A stretch of DNA of 64,000 nt from Candidatus Heimdallarchaeota archaeon (lineage in GTDB: Archaea; Asgardarchaeota; Heimdallarchaeia; Hodarchaeales; Hodarchaeaceae): NCBI GenBank assembly GCA_048881705.1, contig JBHLSH010000001.1:32001-96000 (forward strand), written 5' to 3'. Shown here one piece after another: positions 39,967-48,056 of the stretch. The position numbers were made by a program, and so were the translations under genes. Position 1 is the first letter of the stretch. The number at the start of each line of letters is the position of its first letter. A model generated the notes under the pieces. The model was not told where the DNA came from, did not search any database, and worked only from the letters and a program-made list of their open reading frames with translations.

Positions 39967-40764
39967 ATGAATAATGATTCGTCTAAACTTGTACTGAGGC
40001 ATCGTTCGGAAAAAAAACATGATCCAGATGCCACCATTTGCGAGTGTGTCGCTGATTTTCAGCCTGAATGGGTTGCAGTCGGCTTTCCGGGTCATGGATT
40101 GGTCGGTAATATAGCTGCAAAGCATATGATCCAAGAGCTGAACCTTGAGTGGATTGGTTCGATCAGGTCACCCCACATCCCTCCAGTAAGTGTGTTTATC
40201 GATGGAATCCTGACATATCCATATCGGATCTATGGCGATAAAGATCAGAAACTTATGGTAATGATCGGTGAAGCTCCATGCCCACCCCAAGCATATTACT
40301 TTCTTGCCCACGCACTCCTAGAATGGGCAATCGAAATAGGAACTAGACAGGTTATCTGTATGGATGGGTTTATTGATACACAAGGAAAGACCAGCACAGA
40401 TTCCGTTTATCTAGTGGCTGAACCCCAATTTTACAAGGAAGATCCCGAACTCATAGCTCATGAATTCCCCAAACCCCATACCGGCTTCATTTCGGGCCTT
40501 TCGGGAGCAATCATGAATGAAGCGCTATTAACTTCGATTTTAGGATATACATTTCTCATACCAGTAGCAGGTTCCTATCCTGATCCTGGTGGCGCTGCAA
40601 AATTGGTTCAGGCGATTGGCAAAGTCAAAAATATTGAGATTGATGTATCACGGCTTCTGAAAGATGCAGAGCAGATTCAGAAGTCGCTTATGGAGTTGGC
40701 AGACCGTAATCGTCAAATCACTCAAAGTGAGGGCCTAATCCCAAGTAAAGGATTATATGTCTAA
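39967..40764 (+). CDS. PAC2 family proteasome assembly chaperone (Pba-like)
   Basis: GFPGHGLVGNIAAKH, PYRIY, ISGLSGAI, YPDPGGAAKL; C-terminal HbYX (LYV). Confidence 0.92.
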   Translation: MNNDSSKLVLRHRSEKKHDPDATICECVADFQPEWVAVGFPGHGLVGNIAAKHMIQELNLEWIGSIRSPHIPPVSVFIDGILTYPYRIYGDKDQKLMVMIGEAPCPPQAYYFLAHALLEWAIEIGTRQVICMDGFIDTQGKTSTDSVYLVAEPQFYKEDPELIAHEFPKPHTGFISGLSGAIMNEALLTSILGYTFLIPVAGSYPDPGGAAKLVQAIGKVKNIEIDVSRLLKDAEQIQKSLMELADRNRQITQSEGLIPSKGLYV

Positions 40765-40845
40765 AACCTGCATTGTGGTGCTTGGTCTCTAATCCAGCAA
40801 CACAGGGAATTGATGATATGTTGAATAATCTACTCAGATGATTCG

Positions 40846-41382
40846 CTATTCTTCTGTCCATTCTTTCCAGTTCTGAAATTCCTTCCAAACATCCAGAAAT
40901 TGACGGAGCGATCTGGCTAACGGAGTTTTGAATGAAATCTTCTTTTTCTTATCCAGAACGCCAAATTTATTCACATCGCTCGCAGGCAAAGACATGACCC
41001 AATGGTCATCCTCAATAGGGACCCCGTGTTTTTCAGTAATTTCCAGAAATTTCTGTAATTTTAACACCAGATAATGCTTGTCAACTGTCTGCTCTGTCTC
41101 TTCCTCTATCAAGCGAAAAGTGAACAGTACAAAACTATCTTCAGTCAGACAAAAAGAAAGGGGAAGTTTCCAAACTGTTTTCTCATCATCGGACTTTCCC
41201 GTACAAACCTTTACATCTGCATATCGTACCAGGTCCCCATTATCTGTTCGTATTATCATGTCGACCTTGCTTTGGTTGGCATAAGGGGTAAAAGATTCAA
41301 TTCCCAGCTGGAATAACTTCAATTGAGCCTCTAATTCATCAAGGCCTGCAAATTTGAAGTCATCTCGTTCTTTAATTCCCAT
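40846..41382 (-). CDS. Putative PD-(D/E)xK nuclease-fold protein
   Basis: LFQLGIESFTP...KVDMII...YADVKV pattern; GAGGTGA SD just before ATG. Confidence 0.55.
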   Translation of the reverse strand: MGIKERDDFKFAGLDELEAQLKLFQLGIESFTPYANQSKVDMIIRTDNGDLVRYADVKVCTGKSDDEKTVWKLPLSFCLTEDSFVLFTFRLIEEETEQTVDKHYLVLKLQKFLEITEKHGVPIEDDHWVMSLPASDVNKFGVLDKKKKISFKTPLARSLRQFLDVWKEFQNWKEWTEE

Positions 41383-41589
41383 TCACCTCACAAAGAGGGC
41401 GTGTAGATTTTTTACCTTACGGGAGATTGGGCGGCACCCGTTAAGGGAGGTGGGTGATTCCTGTAGTTATAAGTAATCTCATAGTATGGTATGAAAAAAT
41501 GTCACAAAACGGTGTTTGAAAAGGTTTTCATATTGAATCCTTGTCAAAGTTTCTCTGATATTGGATGAAAAAATGTTTTTTGCCCAGCT

Positions 41590-42567
41590 TCATAAAACAA
41601 GTCGTTCATGACACATAGGGCACTGATTAAAGACCTTAAGCCACTCTAATAGATGTGCTCTATGGAACTGGTTCAAACACATAGGACAAGATGTACTGGC
41701 CTCTTCTACGAGGATAACGGCCCGACATATGACACAAAATTGAGTTTCTGATTGATTTTCTTCTTCAAATGTCCAGGTAAGGCGAATCGAATCTGTGTTC
41801 GCAAATTCGTGTCCCAGACGGTCAACAGTTAAAACCTGTTCTCCTCCTTCGGAAATTCTTACTTGACCCTGAATTTCACCTCCATCAAGTACAGATTCTA
41901 GGATACGCGTGAGTAAGACCTCATCGATATCATGATCTGAGATAGCTTTTCTTGTCTTAAACAAGAGATAATCTGCTTCAATTTCATTTTTGGGTTTTGA
42001 AAGATGTTTTCGAACGGTATCCAGCATGATCTTCCTGGTTCTAGCTAGGAACAGCAAATTTTCGCGTTTTTTTTCAATTTCTCTCATGGAATCTCTTGCC
42101 ATCCCCAAGAGGAGGTCCAATTCTTCGTGAATATCCTGTTTTTTTATCAAGTTTTTACTAGATTTGATTTCTTCAGTCGTCTTTTGGTGAATGTCAGATA
42201 TTTCGCTGTGTAAGGCATCGATCTCTTTTAACGTGGAGTTTAATGTTCCCAAGGGTTGAAGCGAACCGATCTGATCGATTTGAAGCGCGATTTGCTGAGT
42301 ATCCAGACGACGATCATGCAACTCGGAAAAATAACCTGAAATAGTGTGAAAAAATGGACGACGAAGTATTCTATCGGTAACAAAGGCAAAAGCAAGACAT
42401 ATAAAGCCGATACTCAAGAGAATAAATTCGTTGTTCTCATTCGGGATGGTTGGGTCAAACGACGTTGCAAGCAAGACGATATAGAAACCCAAGGCTAAAA
42501 AAATTAGGAAATTTCCTGTTGTTTTCATCCGTGAGAGGCGAGGTAGCCTGGTAACACTTGTGGCCAT
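41590..42567 (-). CDS. Membrane-anchored RING-finger protein (putative E3 ligase)
   Basis: Two N-terminal TM helices, coiled coil, C-terminal CVIC...CPMC...FHRAH...W...CPMC. Confidence 0.85.
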   Translation of the reverse strand: MATSVTRLPRLSRMKTTGNFLIFLALGFYIVLLATSFDPTIPNENNEFILLSIGFICLAFAFVTDRILRRPFFHTISGYFSELHDRRLDTQQIALQIDQIGSLQPLGTLNSTLKEIDALHSEISDIHQKTTEEIKSSKNLIKKQDIHEELDLLLGMARDSMREIEKKRENLLFLARTRKIMLDTVRKHLSKPKNEIEADYLLFKTRKAISDHDIDEVLLTRILESVLDGGEIQGQVRISEGGEQVLTVDRLGHEFANTDSIRLTWTFEEENQSETQFCVICRAVILVEEASTSCPMCLNQFHRAHLLEWLKVFNQCPMCHERLVL

Positions 42568-42664
42568 TTTGGTTTCAATATCCAGGAGTTTGTGACTACG
42601 AAGATGCGTCTAATCTAACCTAATAAATTCCCATAAAATAAGATTTCCAAACCAGACTTCACAT

Positions 42665-43630
42665 CTAGAGAAATCTTTCGGAGATCTGAGTCTGTGAGAA
42701 TTGTTGATAGAAATCTCTCAAGACCAAAGCATTTTTGTGATCTCGCTGTAATACTGAGTTTGATAAGATTACACTATCAAGAATCTGGTGACATCCTTCT
42801 TGAATAACCACATGATCCCCAATCACCGATCTGTTGATTATAACTTCACCTGACATAGATACAGCTTTTCCAATCAAAGCACCAGTAGGATCTCTTGGCT
42901 TTATGGTTCTCAGAAATTGAAGGTTGTACCACCATAGGTCAAAAGGAGTAGTAATATGGCAAATCCTATCTGTCTCAACACCCCCAACAGGATGAGCGCC
43001 ATGGATGATCTCATTTATTACTGATGTAAGTTCGTATTCATTACGTTTGGATTTTCGGGCACGTTTCAAATATGGGAAAATCGATTGAGAAAAAGCGTAG
43101 CATGCAGCAGAGTTCAGATCACTGAGTGTCTCATCGATGGTTTGAGGCTTTTCACGTACTCCCCAAACACGTCCATCACGATAATCTACTGTCGAGGAGT
43201 GCCTCATAAGTTCAAAATTCATTTTTTCAAGGGAAAGCGTTATCCAGTTTTGGTCATCCAAATGCACTTTACTTAAAGCGCGTAAGAAGGAGACGGAGAA
43301 AAGGGAATCTCCGGCAATTACAATGAAATTCTCGTCTCTTAGGTGCTTTTCAATTTGGATAACCGCATTTGCTGTACCTAGTGGGATCTTTTGAACTATC
43401 CACGTGACATCAAGATCAGGAAAGGTTCCTTGAACTTGTGATATGATCTGGGTGCTTTCATTAGGAATTATAATACCTATATTGATGATTCCGGCTTTTA
43501 TAAGCCTTTCAATAGAATGAACTATGATCGGTCGATTCAGAAGTGGGAGTAGCGATTTCGGATATACCCTAGAAAACGGGTACAATCGAGTCCCCTTGCC
43601 AGCAGCAAGGATGTAAGCCGTGGTTATCAT
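42665..43630 (-). CDS. Sugar-phosphate nucleotidyltransferase (RmlA/GlmU-like)
   Basis: LAAGKGTRLYP...PKSLLP, QKIPLGTANA, VREKP; short beta-helix C-terminus. Confidence 0.92.
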   Translation of the reverse strand: MITTAYILAAGKGTRLYPFSRVYPKSLLPLLNRPIIVHSIERLIKAGIINIGIIIPNESTQIISQVQGTFPDLDVTWIVQKIPLGTANAVIQIEKHLRDENFIVIAGDSLFSVSFLRALSKVHLDDQNWITLSLEKMNFELMRHSSTVDYRDGRVWGVREKPQTIDETLSDLNSAACYAFSQSIFPYLKRARKSKRNEYELTSVINEIIHGAHPVGGVETDRICHITTPFDLWWYNLQFLRTIKPRDPTGALIGKAVSMSGEVIINRSVIGDHVVIQEGCHQILDSVILSNSVLQRDHKNALVLRDFYQQFSQTQISERFL

Positions 43631-43699
43631 TAGAATCGCGTGAATGGCAATTTTTAATAAGCTGAAGATACTTCTCCAAACTAAATCAAGCTTTCATTC

Positions 43700-44461
43700 A
43701 TGAGCTGTGTTCAGATGGTACGCCTTAATGCTTTCTACTTAATCACAGATGAGGGGTTCACTATCTACAATCAGTCCTTTGGCGCAACTGAACAGGATCA
43801 AGATATGGTGGGATCGCTAATCATGGCATTAACTACGTTTGGGAAGGAAGTAATGTCAGAGTCGTCACTAAAGGGTATTGAATTCGGTGAAAAGGATGCA
43901 GAAGGGGCGGAAATGGTTTTGGAGGAAGGTGTGAGGATCAAGGCCATAGCAATTGTTGTCTTCGATAAAGACAACAAGGAACGTGATGAATTAAAGATAC
44001 GTTATGACCTGAGAGTATTTGTTCGTGAAATCGAAGAGATCTATGCAGAAGAACTTTCCGATCCTATCTTCCGTAAGGGAGCCTTCTCTGGTATAGGGGC
44101 CCTAATCTCGGCTTGGTTTTTCCGTGATAAAATGAGTCGAATTCTACATGATCAATTTGATCCTCTAAACGTATACCTCAAATACCCAACAACGCTACTC
44201 TTTGAAATAACCCCCTTTGCGGGAAAATTGTATTCCTTTTATCGAGATTTTCCACCATTCCAAGAACGATTATCCGATATCGCCCCTGAGGAGTTTGACC
44301 ACCTGATCGAAGCTATGTCGGATAAAAATAGTATGATTTCCTTCAAAGATTGCTTGGAGCGGTTCGGGGAAGATCGAGGCGGCCAAATTTTGACTGTTTT
44401 TAGGTATCTAACCCAGAAAGGTATGTTCGATGCCTATAACTTCGAGCGAATAATGATCTAA
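43700..44461 (+). CDS. Longin-like domain protein with C-terminal winged-helix-like region
   Basis: AFYLITDEGFTIY..SF...DQDMVGSLIMALTTFGKEV...LKGIEFG, a typical Asgard longin/roadblock pattern. Confidence 0.75.
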   Translation: MSCVQMVRLNAFYLITDEGFTIYNQSFGATEQDQDMVGSLIMALTTFGKEVMSESSLKGIEFGEKDAEGAEMVLEEGVRIKAIAIVVFDKDNKERDELKIRYDLRVFVREIEEIYAEELSDPIFRKGAFSGIGALISAWFFRDKMSRILHDQFDPLNVYLKYPTTLLFEITPFAGKLYSFYRDFPPFQERLSDIAPEEFDHLIEAMSDKNSMISFKDCLERFGEDRGGQILTVFRYLTQKGMFDAYNFERIMI

Positions 44462-44495
44462 CAGATCTACCAACCAGATTGAATTCTCGTTTTGC

Positions 44496-45254
44496 TTAGG
44501 ATTCTTTGTCACGTTGAGTTTTTATTATAAAGGCCGTCATTTTCCTGACATCGTTTTTCATTGAGGCAAGTTCTGCAACAACTTTTTCCTCTACCGCATT
44601 GTTAATTGCCTGGCTTAATAAATCAGGGAGAGCTGCAATTGTTTGGGTCAATTGGGTTATAATATTAGTCAATCTGTTCAACGATTCATCTTGCATTGCC
44701 AGCCGCTCTGTCACTGAAGTTTTTAATTCGTTTACACTCGCTTCCAGATAGATAGTAATGCGATCTTTTAAGGCAACCAACTCGACCTGAATAATAGCAT
44801 GTACACGATCCCGAAGATCTGCAACAGCAGCCAGCTGATCAGTTTGGTTTTCGATTAATGCGTTTAATCGTCCCTCAATGATTTCGAGCTTGTCCGAAAT
44901 TGGAACAAAATTGCTCACACTCACTTCGTAAAGATTCTTAATCTGCCCGGTTGAGCCGGAAACTGTAGCTTCGATCTCTTGAGCGAGTTTACGGATTGGT
45001 CCGACCACATCTTCAAGGTAGCTCACCTTGATAAACTTGAGATCTTTTTTTGTCTCTTCCGTAGCACCCGTGAATGTATTTTGAAATTCATCCAAGGAAC
45101 TTTGAAGAGTTCTTAGAAGAATAGGGAGTTGTTCCACACTCTGGATCGTTTCAATACTAAGATTCTGCGGGGATGTATGTTGGATTTGCCGAATAGCGTC
45201 TATAATCTCAACAGCCATTTCTTCTATTGATTTAATACCTGCTTCGATTCCCAT
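44496..45254 (-). CDS. All-helical coiled-coil hypothetical protein
   Basis: 252 aa of continuous amphipathic heptads, no motifs. Confidence 0.75.
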   Translation of the reverse strand: MGIEAGIKSIEEMAVEIIDAIRQIQHTSPQNLSIETIQSVEQLPILLRTLQSSLDEFQNTFTGATEETKKDLKFIKVSYLEDVVGPIRKLAQEIEATVSGSTGQIKNLYEVSVSNFVPISDKLEIIEGRLNALIENQTDQLAAVADLRDRVHAIIQVELVALKDRITIYLEASVNELKTSVTERLAMQDESLNRLTNIITQLTQTIAALPDLLSQAINNAVEEKVVAELASMKNDVRKMTAFIIKTQRDKES

Positions 45255-45556
45255 GACCGAACCTCACGGCATAAATGTTGCTTTGAAGTCTGGAATTCAT
45301 TATCCTTTACAATCCTAAAAGAACCTTTCGGATTTACTCCTAGTGCGGAAGGTTTACATCTGTAGAGAAAATCGTCTGTAACCGTCAAGAAATGGTTTTT
45401 GCCCAGGTTCTTAGTAATTTTAACATCAGGGATCTAATATAAGAAATCTACCCCACAAATATTATTTTGCATTCTGCTATTATAAACAAGCCTCTTTCTC
45501 CTAAATTGACCGATCATAAACTGAGCGTAAAGGATTATTCAGTTTTAAAATGACAT

Positions 45557-46633
45557 TTATTTAAGTCGTCGAAGTAACTCAACGTAGCGCTTGTTATGAA
45601 GAAGAGATTCGTTCAATCTACTAATCATCACTAAAGTCTCAGAAAGAATGTATTGCTTTAAATCATTCCCAGTTGCCCGTTCGATGTCAGCATAAATATC
45701 CTTAGCGACACTAAACGATACATTCGGAATACGTGATTCAAGATCACCTCCTCCAAGATTATAATTCTGAAGAAGAATTCGTGAGGCACGTTGGGAATCT
45801 TGCAAGCTTCGTTCCTCTATTAAAAACTGCGAAATGCCAATATAATAGCGCGAAATAATATCACGAATCTGTTCCAAATCAGTCGGTTCAACTTCAGATT
45901 CCTGGAGGTCAGGAAACATTTTTTTTAGATTCTGAAGCAGTCGAGCAGAGGGAGCTTCACGCAGCAGTTTACTGATTATTGTTCGTAGGTGTGCCGTGGG
46001 AATCTGTAAGATTTCCGAATCGTGCGAATGAGAGTATTGGGGTTGAATCTCATAGGACAGAAGATCTTTGCAGGCCGCAAGATAATAGTTCGGAAAGCCC
46101 AGATGTGATAAAGCGGAATAAGAGCTGATTAGTGATTCAATCGACTCAATGATACCCCATTTGTCTATTGTTTGGGATTTCCTGAGAAAAATCCCGGCCT
46201 CAGTACTACCAGCTGGGGGGATAGCTTCTGTGTAGGCAGTTGCTTTTGTTGTGTTTTCGGCCATCGTCTCCTGGAGTCTTTTTAGCTCAGCTTCAAGTCC
46301 TTCTATCTTTTCGAGTAGTTTAAGCCCCGAAACAGGTTGTATTAACAATTGGTGAATATAATTTTCAACCAGTTTGATCTCACTACGTAATGATTTAGGA
46401 ATTGTACTGGGTTCTCCAATGTACTGAATAATTGTCGTAACCAGTTGGAGAAGTACAAGAACTAACCCCGTAATGATGTTGATTTTTTCGCCAATGTTTC
46501 CACGGGAATTCCAAAACTCAGGGTATCGCATCAATTGTTGAGATTTAAAATCGGAGGTTGATGGATTTATGGAGGAGGATGTAGATTCATCTTTTCCTCG
46601 TTGATGATTTTCGTCCACAGTATAGGCATCCAC
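45557..46633 (-). CDS. Hypothetical protein (one hydrophobic segment plus coiled coil); last gene of tubulin-like operon
   Basis: GTG start directly abuts the upstream TAA; IITGLVLVLLQLVTTIIQY segment. Confidence 0.75.
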   Translation of the reverse strand: MDAYTVDENHQRGKDESTSSSINPSTSDFKSQQLMRYPEFWNSRGNIGEKINIITGLVLVLLQLVTTIIQYIGEPSTIPKSLRSEIKLVENYIHQLLIQPVSGLKLLEKIEGLEAELKRLQETMAENTTKATAYTEAIPPAGSTEAGIFLRKSQTIDKWGIIESIESLISSYSALSHLGFPNYYLAACKDLLSYEIQPQYSHSHDSEILQIPTAHLRTIISKLLREAPSARLLQNLKKMFPDLQESEVEPTDLEQIRDIISRYYIGISQFLIEERSLQDSQRASRILLQNYNLGGGDLESRIPNVSFSVAKDIYADIERATGNDLKQYILSETLVMISRLNESLLHNKRYVELLRRLK

Positions 46634-48034
46634 TTACTCATTCGAGGTTTTTTGATCAGGTGTAATATAATATCCGAAAAGTTTCTCTAGATCATCGACC
46701 GCAGAAACCAGCGCACCTCTGGTTGTACCTTTAGATCTTTGAAACCAATGTTGTTTAAGTTCAGAGCTGCCGCTATGGAGATCGATGAGTGCTTTGGCTT
46801 CCTGCAAAATATCATAAAGCTCTGGGATTCGGGGGAGCCCAAAAAGTAAGAGTAAGGATGCTCTCGCATCATCATCATCATATGCGCAATATGTGGGAGA
46901 AATGCTAGCCCCTTTAGCAAGAAAAGGTGATAGCGCCTTTTTAAGTAAGGGATCAAATTCCACACGAGCAATCTCACGTGGTCCAGAGAGTACGGAAAAT
47001 ACCGATGATGCTGATGGATTGGTACCCATTTCTGTTAAGCTTCCATGACCCGCAGTGTATTCAACTGCAGTAGATAGTTGTGATCCGACTCCACCAACTT
47101 CAGGAAAGATCGCCAGATCATCAAACATGGCAGGGACAACCACACTATCAAGTTTTAATGCAAAGTCTCCAATATCCGTGGTTGGAAGTACCTCTTTACC
47201 TACTTCAGGTACCCCAGGTGACAGCATCTCCGCAATAGACTCCAAGGCCAAGGGATTTACCAACTCGACAAAAGCTTCTTCCATGTGAGGTATTTGAGTT
47301 GAATTTACACCTCCCAAAACCCCTCCCAAAGGGGAGGCGGTCTGCATGGGACCAGAAGTTTTAGATGTAGATAGATTTGATAGATCTTCTCCGGTCTGTC
47401 GACTTAATAGATCCACAGCTTCACCCCTTTGCATACTTAGAACACGTTCGAGCATTGTTCGATTAGAAAGCAAGAGGATGAGATCGGGCCCCATATTATC
47501 CTCCTCTAATTGAAGGCGTAATAGCTTGGATAATGCCCAAACACTATTCACGGCTTCTGATGACTGATTCAGAAAAGGTAGAACTCCAAAGACGTAAATA
47601 AATATTTTTCGTTTCTCTTGTTCTGCAAATCGTTTTCGAAGTAGTCGAATTAAAGCAGGAGTTCCCCCACAGCCAGTACCCCCTCCAAACGATGTTAAAA
47701 GGATGAATCCAGAAATACCCTCATAACCAAGCGATTGGAGTTGGTTGAGAACGATATCTTCCGAATTTAGCACTGCATCGTAACCAGCTGCGAATTTTCC
47801 GCCAACACCAATCTCGGCATCAGAATAGAGAAGAGTTCTTTTTGAGGAAATTGAATACTTCTTACGTGCTTTTAATAGGTCTCCACGATCTGTATTCATA
47901 ATCAAATATTCCCGTATCCGATGTGGAAGCTCCCCTCGGTTCGAACGAGCCAAATAGCTTCCAAGCAGGTTACTACCACATTCACCAATTCCTATTGCAA
48001 ATATTTCAGATTCTATTCCTTCCAATGCCATCAC
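46634..48034 (-). CDS. Divergent tubulin/FtsZ-superfamily GTPase (CetZ/tubulin-like)
   Basis: GIGECGSN (T1), NTD, GVGG (T3), SFGGGTGCGG signature (T4), VLPF, SN, TDIGDF (T7). Confidence 0.93.
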   Translation of the reverse strand: MMALEGIESEIFAIGIGECGSNLLGSYLARSNRGELPHRIREYLIMNTDRGDLLKARKKYSISSKRTLLYSDAEIGVGGKFAAGYDAVLNSEDIVLNQLQSLGYEGISGFILLTSFGGGTGCGGTPALIRLLRKRFAEQEKRKIFIYVFGVLPFLNQSSEAVNSVWALSKLLRLQLEEDNMGPDLILLLSNRTMLERVLSMQRGEAVDLLSRQTGEDLSNLSTSKTSGPMQTASPLGGVLGGVNSTQIPHMEEAFVELVNPLALESIAEMLSPGVPEVGKEVLPTTDIGDFALKLDSVVVPAMFDDLAIFPEVGGVGSQLSTAVEYTAGHGSLTEMGTNPSASSVFSVLSGPREIARVEFDPLLKKALSPFLAKGASISPTYCAYDDDDARASLLLLFGLPRIPELYDILQEAKALIDLHSGSSELKQHWFQRSKGTTRGALVSAVDDLEKLFGYYITPDQKTSNE

Positions 48035-48056
48035 AATTCACATACCTTGACAAAAT

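Noticed and set aside
46634-48034. Naming the GTPase ftsZ
   Set aside because: T1 and T7 motifs, the termini and the gene neighbourhood differ from canonical FtsZ1/FtsZ2.
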